From an uncultured bacterium (GTDB lineage: Bacteria > Acidobacteriota > Aminicenantia > UBA2199): a stretch of DNA of 64,000 nucleotides. The translations under genes and the position numbers were made by a program. Below, one piece after another: positions 26,589-34,964 of this stretch; the first letter of the stretch is position 1, and every line of letters starts with the position of its first letter. The notes beneath the pieces were generated by a model. That model was not told where the DNA came from, did not search any database, and worked only from the letters and a program-made list of their open reading frames with translations. Location of the stretch: assembly GCA_965603365.1 (NCBI GenBank), contig CBFDCR010000014.1, forward strand, positions 14,183 through 78,182, written 5' to 3'.

Positions 26589-28126
26589 AGGGCAATCTCT
26601 TTAGTGCGGTCCAGGTCACTCCAGTAAAGTTCCCGGATATCTTCAATATTGTAACGCATCATGGCCAGGCGTTCCAGGCCCAGCCCCCAGGCCAGCACCG
26701 GTACGCGGCAGCCGAAAGGCCGCGTCACCTCGGGCCGGAAAATCCCGGAACCGCCCAGTTCCAACCACTTGTTCCTGGATTCCATGAACCCGGACACCTC
26801 GATGCTGGGCTCGGTGTAGGGGAAGAAGTCGGGTTTAAATTTTACCTTCTCGAACCCCATCTTGGCGTAGAACTCCTTCAAGGTGCCCAGCAGGCTGGCC
26901 AGGTTGGCCTGCTCATCGATGACGATGCCGTCTACCTGGAAAAATTCCGGCAGGTGTTTGTAACTGATGGCCTCGTTGCGGAAAACCTTCCCCACACAGA
27001 ATACCTTGCGCGGCGGATTGGGATCTTCGGCCAGGGCGCGAATGCTGGCCGCGGTGGTATGGGTGCGCAGCACCAACTGGCGTGCCCTGTCATGGCTCCA
27101 CTGGTATCCCCAGCCCCTGGAACCGGTCTCCCAGCCGTCCTGGTGGGTTCGCCTGACCCGGTCCACGGTATCGCTGTCCGGCAACCGGGACAGGTTCGGC
27201 CGGGACAGGTAAAAGGTATCCTGCATATCCCGGGCCGGGTGGTCCTGGGGCTGAAACAGGGCATCGAAGTCCCAAAAAGCCGATTCCACCTGGGGGGAGA
27301 CCACTTCGGTAAACCCCATCTCCAGGAACGCCTTACGGGCTTGCTGGATGATTCGCTGCAGCGGGTGGACCTTGGTGGGATAGACTTTTTCGGCCTCCAG
27401 GGTGATATCGTAGCGGCGCAACTTAATGTTCCGCCACTCAGCGGACACGATGTCTTCGCTGGTGAGCTGGTTTTTCTCACGGATAATCTTGATATCCTGG
27501 GCCAATGTCTGCTTTCCCGCGGGCAGGAGCTCCACGTAGCGGAACATCCGCGGCTTGATCCTGGCGAAGGCCGGACGGTTTTTCAGCAGTTGCCGGACCC
27601 TGTCGCCGTCGATGCCGTGGGACGCCAACTCATCCAGGAACACGGCGGGGCTCTGGGGATTCAATTCAAACGCCAGTTGCACGGCCAATTCATCCTCCGC
27701 CGGTTGACCGAGCGCCTGTTTACCGGCAGCGGTCACCAGGATTTCATCCTTTTGTTTATCCAGCCACTCCCTGGCCTTGCCCCATTTGATCACTTCGTTC
27801 AGTTGGATGCCTTTTTCTTTTAAGGTTCCCGCCAGGTCACGGATTTTGATGCTGTCGTTCCCTTTTTTGACGATTAACGACAGCGCCTGTCTTTCCGGGA
27901 GTCCTGTCTCTACCTGCCTGGCGGCATCCTGGGAAAACACCAATTCTTCCCGCTCCCTCTCTTCGACGGTGAGCCACCCCTGGTCCCGGCAGTGTTGAAG
28001 GGTGGCCGTAACCAGGGGAAGATCCACGCCTGTTTGGGCTGAAATATCACGGATACTGACAACTTCCTGTTTTTTTAGAAGAAGCTCAAATATCTTACCC
28101 TGATCTTCCGTAAATTCGAGTGCCAT
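26579..28126 (-). CDS. pheS: phenylalanine--tRNA ligase alpha subunit, long archaeal/eukaryote-type
   Basis: About 515 aa from the ATG at 28126. An N-terminal extension of ~230 aa with winged-helix-like repeats, then a class II core (LRTHTTA..., GKVFRNEAISYKHLPEFFQVDG, GGSGIFRPEV, AWGLGLERL). Confidence 0.85.
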   Translation of the reverse strand: MALEFTEDQGKIFELLLKKQEVVSIRDISAQTGVDLPLVTATLQHCRDQGWLTVEEREREELVFSQDAARQVETGLPERQALSLIVKKGNDSIKIRDLAGTLKEKGIQLNEVIKWGKAREWLDKQKDEILVTAAGKQALGQPAEDELAVQLAFELNPQSPAVFLDELASHGIDGDRVRQLLKNRPAFARIKPRMFRYVELLPAGKQTLAQDIKIIREKNQLTSEDIVSAEWRNIKLRRYDITLEAEKVYPTKVHPLQRIIQQARKAFLEMGFTEVVSPQVESAFWDFDALFQPQDHPARDMQDTFYLSRPNLSRLPDSDTVDRVRRTHQDGWETGSRGWGYQWSHDRARQLVLRTHTTAASIRALAEDPNPPRKVFCVGKVFRNEAISYKHLPEFFQVDGIVIDEQANLASLLGTLKEFYAKMGFEKVKFKPDFFPYTEPSIEVSGFMESRNKWLELGGSGIFRPEVTRPFGCRVPVLAWGLGLERLAMMRYNIEDIRELYWSDLDRTKEIALCQ

Positions 28127-28217
28127 TTTCTTTACCTTGTTTTTTTTTGAATAATAAACGTAAATGATATCCTGAAAAGCCGATAATGGCAAGTTTTTTT
28201 GCCTGGTTTTCTTTTAG

Positions 28218-28949
28218 TTATTCGATTCTTTTGCCGGTTCGGTGCCAGCGGGTGCAGGGGAAAAAGTGAATGAGGGTGATGAAGAGGTTTTTCATTTTGG
28301 GGAAAAATCCGCTGGCCAGATAATTCTCGGAGGTGGAGCGGAAGGACCAGTAGATGCGCCACGGTGCGCCGACAATGTTGGCCCGGGGCACGGCTCCCCA
28401 GCGTCTCGAATCGGCACTCTTGTCCCGATTATCCCCCATTAAAAAGTAATGGTCTGCCGGCACCCGGTACTGGGGGAAATTATCCCGGCCCGGCACATTC
28501 GTTTTATGGTCTTTATAATAGACATAAGGCTCACTCAAGGGAATGCCATTGATGTAGACCTTCTTGTAAAGGATTCTGACGGTGTCGCCGGGAAGGCCGA
28601 TCACCCGCTTGACGTACAATTTATCCATCTCCGGCGGTGCCTTAAAGGTTACGATCAGGCCCCGCTCGATCTCTTTCTGGGGGAACCAGAGCCCATCCAG
28701 GAAGCCGAGAGAGCGGGAAAATACCACCCGGTCCAGCAAAATATGGTCGCCCACCAGCAGGCTGTCCTCCATAGAGCCGGTGGGAATGACAAAGGGTTTC
28801 AGCAAAAATGTGGTGACAAAAAAAATATATACCAACAGTTCCAGGATAACCGCAATACGCTCTCCTTGTTTCAGTCTACCCCTTGTTGCCTTTTTTTTAT
28901 GATGTTCGGGCTTCCCATTATCGCTTTTTTTCAAGTCACTCAGTCGCAT
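28218..28949 (-). CDS. lepB: signal peptidase I
   Basis: S26 motifs PTGSMEDSLLVGDHILLDR, YVKRVIGLPGD and GDNRDKSADSR. Confidence 0.9.
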   Translation of the reverse strand: MRLSDLKKSDNGKPEHHKKKATRGRLKQGERIAVILELLVYIFFVTTFLLKPFVIPTGSMEDSLLVGDHILLDRVVFSRSLGFLDGLWFPQKEIERGLIVTFKAPPEMDKLYVKRVIGLPGDTVRILYKKVYINGIPLSEPYVYYKDHKTNVPGRDNFPQYRVPADHYFLMGDNRDKSADSRRWGAVPRANIVGAPWRIYWSFRSTSENYLASGFFPKMKNLFITLIHFFPCTRWHRTGKRIE

Positions 28950-29081
28950 TCGCTATTATATAAAAAAAAGACGATAAATACAATTTTCGGAACCCTGGAG
29001 GAATTTTTTTCGTTATAGAGATATGAAACAAAAAGGATTAAAGTTAGAAAATAAAAAAGATTATCTGTGTCAGGAGGGATC

Positions 29082-29543
29082 ATGAGACGGTTATACCGCA
29101 GTAAAAAAGACAGGGTCATTTCGGGTATCTGCGGCGGTATCGGCGAATACTTCAAGATTGACCCGGTCATTGTTCGGGTCATTGCCGTTGCCCTTTTGTT
29201 TATGGGGGGGGCAGGTATTATTGCCTACATCATCGGTATCTTTATCATCCCGGAAGCGCCGAATGGCGAAACCGCGGAAGAGAAGAGGCCGGAAAAAATG
29301 GCAGTCGACACCAAAGGGGAAGTGGCCCCGGCCGGGGAAGAGCCCCGGCGAAATTCCGCCAGCACCGGTGCCCTGGTTATCGGGATCATCCTGGTGGTAC
29401 TGGGAGGACTTTTCCTGATGCGAAACTTTCCCTTATTTGACGATTATTACTGGTGGGTCCGCACCCAGTTGCACCACTTCTTCTGGCCCGGCATCCTGGT
29501 ACTGGTGGGCATCTTCATGATCTTCAAAAGCACTAAAAAATAA
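29082..29543 (+). CDS. PspC-domain membrane protein
   Basis: LYRSKKDRVISGICGGIGEYFKIDPVIVRVI. The ATG at 29082 follows GGAGGG; the track start at 29067 is GTG. Confidence 0.8.
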   Translation: MRRLYRSKKDRVISGICGGIGEYFKIDPVIVRVIAVALLFMGGAGIIAYIIGIFIIPEAPNGETAEEKRPEKMAVDTKGEVAPAGEEPRRNSASTGALVIGIILVVLGGLFLMRNFPLFDDYYWWVRTQLHHFFWPGILVLVGIFMIFKSTKK

Positions 29544-29546
29544 TGC

Positions 29547-30635
29547 TTAAATACCGCAGGTGGCCAGGCCTTTTTTCTCCAGGTACTGTTGATGATAGTC
29601 TTCGGCCCGGTAGAAGGCGGAGGCGGGGACAATTTCAGTCACGATGTCTCGCTTAGCGAACCGGCCCGACTGTTTCAACTCTTCCTTAGAAGCAATGGCT
29701 GCTGCCTGCTGAGCCGGGTTGTGGTAAAAAACGGCAGACCGGTATTGGCTGCCGATGTCCGGTCCCTGGCGGTTCAAGGTGGTGGGATCGTGAGTGTTCC
29801 AGAATACATCCAGCAGTTCCCCATAGGAGACCACCGCCGGATCGTATTCCACCAGCACCGCCTCGGCATGCCCGGTGGTGCCGGTGCAGACCTGTTTGTA
29901 GGTGGGATTCTCAGTGGCACTGCCGGTATACCCCACAGCGGTGGCCCGGACTCCTTTGACCTGGCGAAAGGCCGCCTCTATACCCCAGAAGCAGCCGGCG
30001 GCAAAGGTGGCTTTTTCCAGAGTGCTCACCGGCCGGTCCTGCAACTTTTCCCCTTTCAAGTCCTGATGGGAGACAAAATTTAAGGCAGCGGAGTTGACGC
30101 AATACCGCTGGCCCGTAGGTTGTGGGCCGTCGTCAAACACGTGCCCCAGGTGGGCATCGCAGCGGGCACAGAGTACCTCCGTCCGCTGGCTGAACAGGCG
30201 GTTGTCCTCTTCATAGCGAAAGTTGTGTTTGGAGACGGGTTCCCGGAAACTGGGCCAGCCGGTACCGGAATCAAACTTTGCCTGCGAACGGAAAAGGTCG
30301 GTGCCGCAGGCCGCACAGCGGTATATGCCCTCTGCCTTATGATTGTGATAGTCGCCGGTAAAGGCCACTTCGGTACCCTTTTTCCGGGTCACATGGTACT
30401 GCAGGGGGTCTAACCGGTCCTGCCACTCCCGGTCCGATTTACGAATCTTCTCTACCAACTTTACATTATCGGTGACACTATCAAAGAGTAAAACCTTCTC
30501 ACCATCATTTGTGCCTTTTGAGTCTTCCATGTCCACCACCTTATGTTTATTGTATACATTCAAGGAGACAAAGTTAAACACGATGAAGGTCAGCGCCAAC
30601 ACCAGCAAGAATAAAACGAATCTATTTTTAAACAT
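29547..30635 (-). CDS. msrAB: bifunctional methionine sulfoxide reductase MsrB-MsrA, membrane-anchored
   Basis: N-terminal TM helix. MsrB ([11 protein letters not shown]...GWPSF...[16 protein letters not shown]), then MsrA ([15 protein letters not shown]...GHAEAV). Confidence 0.9.
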   Translation of the reverse strand: MFKNRFVLFLLVLALTFIVFNFVSLNVYNKHKVVDMEDSKGTNDGEKVLLFDSVTDNVKLVEKIRKSDREWQDRLDPLQYHVTRKKGTEVAFTGDYHNHKAEGIYRCAACGTDLFRSQAKFDSGTGWPSFREPVSKHNFRYEEDNRLFSQRTEVLCARCDAHLGHVFDDGPQPTGQRYCVNSAALNFVSHQDLKGEKLQDRPVSTLEKATFAAGCFWGIEAAFRQVKGVRATAVGYTGSATENPTYKQVCTGTTGHAEAVLVEYDPAVVSYGELLDVFWNTHDPTTLNRQGPDIGSQYRSAVFYHNPAQQAAAIASKEELKQSGRFAKRDIVTEIVPASAFYRAEDYHQQYLEKKGLATCGI

Positions 30636-30901
30636 CCTGATTTCTCCTTATTTTTTCAAAACTCTTAAATAATAATATAGTTTATTTTTAACATTTTTTC
30701 AACTGCTTTCTTGATTTTTTTTTATTTTTCTGTCCGCCGGCAATCCCCAGCCGGCTATTTCTCCCTCAGATAATTGAAGGTGCGGTTCCAGACCACATAC
30801 AGGTCAACCCTCATATCCTGCCTCACTCTCACCTGATCGTGAAAAAACGAAATTACCCTCGTAAAACTCCATAATATAGTTAACCATTTGGCAAAGAAAT
30901 A

Positions 30902-30930
30902 TTGACTTTGGAGCCTATTCCCTCTAAAAT
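30902..30930 (+). promoter_or_regulatory. sigma70-type promoter of lpxA
   Basis: TTGACT (30902-30907), 17-nt spacer, TAAAAT (30925-30930). Confidence 0.6.
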
Positions 30931-30972
30931 GTATCTATGACTACAAAAGAATCCTCTACCGGTAAGGGCAAA

Positions 30973-31749
30973 ATGATCCCTGGCATTCACCCCTCCGCGG
31001 TCGTCGATCCTGCTGCCAGAATCGGCCGGGGTGTCACGATTGGCCCCCATGCGGTTATTGAGCACGACACCGAAATCGGCGGCGGCAGCCGCATTGATTC
31101 CAGCGCCAAAATCTGCTGCGGTGCCCGAATCGGGCAGGACTGCCATATCTTCCACGGCGCAGTCATCAGCGAAATTCCCCAGGACCTGAAATTCCACGGC
31201 GAAGAGACCGTTGCCGTCATCGGCGACAGGACAAAGATTCGGGAGTATGTGACCGTTCACCGGGGAACAGAAAATAGAAAAAAGACCGAAGTCGGCTCCG
31301 ACTGCCTGTTAATGGCCTACTCCCACGTGGCCCACGACTGCCTGGTGAAAGATCATGTTATCCTGGCCAACATCGTGCAGCTTGGCGGGCATGTGACGGT
31401 GGACGACTGGGCCTATATCGGCGGCATGACGGGCATCCATCAATTCAGCCACATCGGCAAACATGCCTTCGTGGGCGGCGGTTTCCGCTGCACCCAGGAT
31501 GTCCCCCCCTACATCCTGGCTTCCGGCGAGCCCTTGAAATACAGCGGCTTGAATGTGGTGGGACTGCGGCGGCGGGGCTTCAGCAACGAGACCATCAACC
31601 TGTTGAAAGAGGTGTACCGGCTGATATACCGCTCAGAATTCAACATTTCCCAGGCCCTGGAACAAATCCAGTCCGCCTTCGAGCCCACCGAGGAGATCCA
31701 GGAAATCGTCGCCTTCATCAAACACTCCGAACGGGGAATCGTCTATTAA
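30973..31749 (+). CDS. lpxA: acyl-ACP--UDP-N-acetylglucosamine O-acyltransferase
   Basis: Left-handed beta-helix hexapeptide repeats starting MIPGIHPSAVVDPAARIG, and a C-terminal helical domain. The ATG at 30937 would be almost leaderless given the promoter, so 30973 is preferred. Confidence 0.85.
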   Translation: MIPGIHPSAVVDPAARIGRGVTIGPHAVIEHDTEIGGGSRIDSSAKICCGARIGQDCHIFHGAVISEIPQDLKFHGEETVAVIGDRTKIREYVTVHRGTENRKKTEVGSDCLLMAYSHVAHDCLVKDHVILANIVQLGGHVTVDDWAYIGGMTGIHQFSHIGKHAFVGGGFRCTQDVPPYILASGEPLKYSGLNVVGLRRRGFSNETINLLKEVYRLIYRSEFNISQALEQIQSAFEPTEEIQEIVAFIKHSERGIVY

Positions 31750-31819
31750 CCATTCACAACATTTCCAATCGCCGCTATTTTTTAAAAAGCGTCGTGACAT
31801 AAAAAGAGCCTATTGCTCC

Positions 31820-31848
31820 TTGACAAGAAAATGAAAAATAGATATATT
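31820..31848 (+). promoter_or_regulatory. sigma70-type promoter of the HEPN'/MNT locus
   Basis: TTGACA (31820-31825), 17-nt spacer, TATATT (31843-31848). Confidence 0.55.
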
Positions 31849-31874
31849 TATGGGGCAATCAAAGTAAAAACGAG

Positions 31875-31994
31875 ATGATGAATGTAGATGAAAAAATAGA
31901 ATATTGGCTTGATATCGCCTCATATGACCTCAAAACTGCCCAGGCGATGCTGAAAACCACAGGGAGCTTTATCAATGGATCGAGAAGTTGTTGA
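31875..31994 (+). pseudogene. truncated HEPN-domain gene (39 codons)
   Basis: MMNVDEKIEYWLDIASYDLKTAQAMLKTTGSFING... is the first helix of a HEPN domain. It then ends, overlapping the MNT start. It is too short to appear in the ORF track. Confidence 0.45.
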
Positions 31995-32277
31995 AAAGGT
32001 AAAAAAATACGCAGAAGTTGTCAGAAAAGATATGCCTGTTAAAATGGTTGTATTATATGGGTCCTATGTCAGGGGTACGGAGAACTCGGCCAGCGATATT
32101 GACGTAGCCGTAGTAGTGGATAAAATCGAAGGCGATTACCTGGAACAAAGCGCTCGATTATTTCATCTTGTCCGCAAAATCGACACCAGGATCGAACCCG
32201 TGCTTTTGAGTAGTGATGAGGATAGAAGCGGTTTTCTCAGCAGCATACTGAATTACGGGGAAATAATATATCAATAA
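31975..32277 (+). CDS. MNT-type nucleotidyltransferase
   Basis: VLYGSYVRGTENSASDIDVAVV motif, 100 aa. AGGGAG lies 8 nt before the ATG. Confidence 0.8.
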   Translation: MDREVVEKVKKYAEVVRKDMPVKMVVLYGSYVRGTENSASDIDVAVVVDKIEGDYLEQSARLFHLVRKIDTRIEPVLLSSDEDRSGFLSSILNYGEIIYQ

Positions 32278-32346
32278 ACAAAAAAAAGGTTATAAATAGA
32301 TAGAGATTAAGAGTCTTGAGGTCGCTGATAATAAGGAGAAATTAAC

Positions 32347-34695
32347 ATGGATAGAGATGTTAGCCGTCTGAGTATCGGAAGGCCGGTGATACTCCTGGTA
32401 ATAGCAATTATCGGTATTACCCTCATGCCGGGGGACATCGTTGCCAGAGTGGTAAAGGTAGACATCGCCAGTCGGGAAGTGGTATCACCCTCCCTTGAGC
32501 ACAGCCGCTCCGGTCCATACGAAGTCCTCAAGGGCATCATTTACCTGGAGGTCGATCCATTGGACCCGGCCAACGGAAAGATCGCCGACTTAAAATTGGC
32601 CAAACGGAATGATCGCGGCCGGGTGGCGTTCTCCAGCGAATTCGAATTGCACAAGCCGGTGGAGGCGAAACTGGGCAATCGTCGGCTGATATACTTTGTC
32701 AACAACCGCGGCAATAAAATAGGAACATGGCACTTCAATCACCAGGCCGACAAAAATTGGCTCTACAGCCGGGGTTATTCATATTTATGGTGCGGCTGGA
32801 ATGCCGACGTGATAGAGAGCGACCGCAGATTTAATATCGATGTACCCACGGCAGCAGAAGACGGCAAACCAATAACCGGCAAGATCTATGCAGAAATAAT
32901 CTCTTTTGCCGACGATATTACTTATGTGCATCCCATTGTCTGGGGCGGCTCTATCGCCTACCCGCCGGTAAATATGGATAAGTCAGATGCAACATTAACG
33001 ATGCGTCAATATCGCCGTGAGGCGCCGATAGAGATACCCCGTGAAGAGTGGGAGTTTGCCCGTTTGGAAGACGGTAAGATCGTGCCCGATCCGGGCACCA
33101 TTTATATTAAAAAGGGATTCAAGCCCGGTTGGTTATATGATCTCGTTTACGTGGGCAAAAATCCCAGGGTGACCGGCCTGGGACTGGCGGCCATTCGCGA
33201 TGTGGTCTCCTTTTTCAAATATGAAAAAACGGATGAACATCACAACGGCAATCCTCTATATGGTGTCATCGACAATGCCTATGCCTGGGGGCACTCCCAG
33301 TCGGGACGGCTCTTAAATCACTTTGTCTACCAGGATTTCAACGGGGACGAAAAAAAACGAATGGTATTTGACGGCATCATGGCCAACTGTCCCGGAGCCG
33401 GAAAGGGCCTGTTTAATTCCCGCTTTGCCCAGCCCACCCGTCACGGCAGTCACCACGAAGACAACCTCTTCCCGGTCGATTTTTTCCCCTTTACCACAGT
33501 CGAGCAGTACGACCCTATTACGGGAGAACGGGGTGACGGCCTGGCCGCGGCCCGCCGGTCCGGTTTTTTAGCCAAAATGTTTTTTATCAATTCAGCCACG
33601 GATTATTGGACCCGGGCCGCTTCACTGCTTCATACCGATGTCGAGGGGAAGAGGGATGCCGGGATCGACCCCCATGTACGCATTTATGCCATAGCCGGTA
33701 GAGCCCATACCGACTCCCGCATCGGCATTATCGGACGGGCCTTATTGACTGCCCTGGATCAATGGGTGAGTCACGGTGCAGAGCCGCCGAAATCGCAAAT
33801 TCCGAAAATCTCCGACGGCACCCTGGTTACCCTGGAGGCATTCCGCCAGAAGTTTCCCGGTATCCCCGGCGTCCAGATGCCGGACTCTTTTTATCATCCC
33901 TTTCGGCTGGATATGGGGCCTCGCTGGCATACAGCGGGCATAGCCGATCAGGTGCCGCCCAAAACAGGAGCCCGTTACGTGTGTCTGGTTCCCCAGGTCG
34001 ATGAGGACGGAAACGAAACAGCGGGTATTCGTCTGCCTGAAATAGCGGTGCCACTGGCCACCTATACAGGTTGGAGTATGCGTTCGCCGTCTTTCTCCCG
34101 CACCTTGAGGCGCAATGCCGGCCGGGTCTGGCCTTTAGCCGTTACCGTTGAAGAGCGTAAAAAGAGCGGCGATCCCCGGAAAGCCATATTGGAACGGTAT
34201 CCCACCAAAGCGGATTATATCTATCAGGTGACAAAGTCCCTGTTAAGTTTGAAACATCAACGATTCTTACTCGACGACGACGTCGCCATGTTGCTCAAGG
34301 AGGCTGCCGAACAGAACTACTGGCCGATAGATGAGGATGCAGGCCTGGTCTCCATTCAGGCCGCTGCGGCCCAACCCCAGGTGGTAAAACGCGGCCAGTC
34401 GTCCATACTGACAGTCCGCTTTACCGGAAAGCCGGACCACATAATCAGTGTCAAAGCCATTGTCCGGGAAGCTCCCCATGTGCACTATGTGTTCAACGAC
34501 AGTGGCCAAAACAAAGACGAAACCGCCGGAGATAATGTATGGACGAGTAAACTCGACATAGTATCCGATGCTGTCCCCGGAGAGTACCATTTAGATATCC
34601 AGGCCCTCGACATCAATTGGAACCCCATCTACCTCACCGGCACCATCAAAGAGGGCAAAGGCAAAACCCCCTCCCTCCCCATCACCGTAAAGTAA
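32347..34695 (+). CDS. large secreted protein, probable alpha/beta-hydrolase-type with C-terminal Ig-like domain
   Basis: 782 aa. N-terminal anchor/signal, a GxSxG-like elbow (WGHSQSGRLL), and a C-terminal beta-sandwich-like ~120 aa. The family assignment is tentative. Confidence 0.5.
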   Translation: MDRDVSRLSIGRPVILLVIAIIGITLMPGDIVARVVKVDIASREVVSPSLEHSRSGPYEVLKGIIYLEVDPLDPANGKIADLKLAKRNDRGRVAFSSEFELHKPVEAKLGNRRLIYFVNNRGNKIGTWHFNHQADKNWLYSRGYSYLWCGWNADVIESDRRFNIDVPTAAEDGKPITGKIYAEIISFADDITYVHPIVWGGSIAYPPVNMDKSDATLTMRQYRREAPIEIPREEWEFARLEDGKIVPDPGTIYIKKGFKPGWLYDLVYVGKNPRVTGLGLAAIRDVVSFFKYEKTDEHHNGNPLYGVIDNAYAWGHSQSGRLLNHFVYQDFNGDEKKRMVFDGIMANCPGAGKGLFNSRFAQPTRHGSHHEDNLFPVDFFPFTTVEQYDPITGERGDGLAAARRSGFLAKMFFINSATDYWTRAASLLHTDVEGKRDAGIDPHVRIYAIAGRAHTDSRIGIIGRALLTALDQWVSHGAEPPKSQIPKISDGTLVTLEAFRQKFPGIPGVQMPDSFYHPFRLDMGPRWHTAGIADQVPPKTGARYVCLVPQVDEDGNETAGIRLPEIAVPLATYTGWSMRSPSFSRTLRRNAGRVWPLAVTVEERKKSGDPRKAILERYPTKADYIYQVTKSLLSLKHQRFLLDDDVAMLLKEAAEQNYWPIDEDAGLVSIQAAAAQPQVVKRGQSSILTVRFTGKPDHIISVKAIVREAPHVHYVFNDSGQNKDETAGDNVWTSKLDIVSDAVPGEYHLDIQALDINWNPIYLTGTIKEGKGKTPSLPITVK

Positions 34696-34696
34696 A

Positions 34697-34950
34697 GGTG
34701 ATCTTTGGTGTAATTTGGTGCAAATTTGATGCAAATGGGCACATGATTGATACATGGAGTGTGGATGGTGGAGAAATAGGGTGCAATGTTGAGTGAATTG
34801 GGTGCAATTTTGCACCTATTTTGTCCATTGATGGAGCTTTTAGGTGCAATTTTGTGCGAATTTTCTCCGGCATCGGAGAAAATAGGTGCAACTTTGAGCA
34901 AATTTTGTTCGACAAAGGAGAAATCAGGTGCAAACTTGTACTTATGGCGA
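34697..34950. repeat. phased array of GGTGCAA half-sites / degenerate 16-bp palindromes
   Basis: GGTGCAA occurs at 34717, 34780, 34801, 34843, 34885 and 34927, with spacings of 63, 21, 42, 42 and 42 nt. 34801-34816 is the perfect palindrome GGTGCAATTTTGCACC. A GGAGAAA(A)T motif precedes three copies. A 9-bp hairpin lies at 34860-34883. Confidence 0.85.
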
Positions 34951-34964
34951 TAATAGTTAAAAGT

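Noticed and set aside
25059-27823. Long plus-strand ORFs (291 aa, 289 aa and others) opposite pheT/pheS
   Set aside because: GC-rich third-position bias keeps the antisense frames open. The products are Gly/Arg/His-rich with no motifs, whereas the minus-strand genes have unambiguous PheRS motifs.
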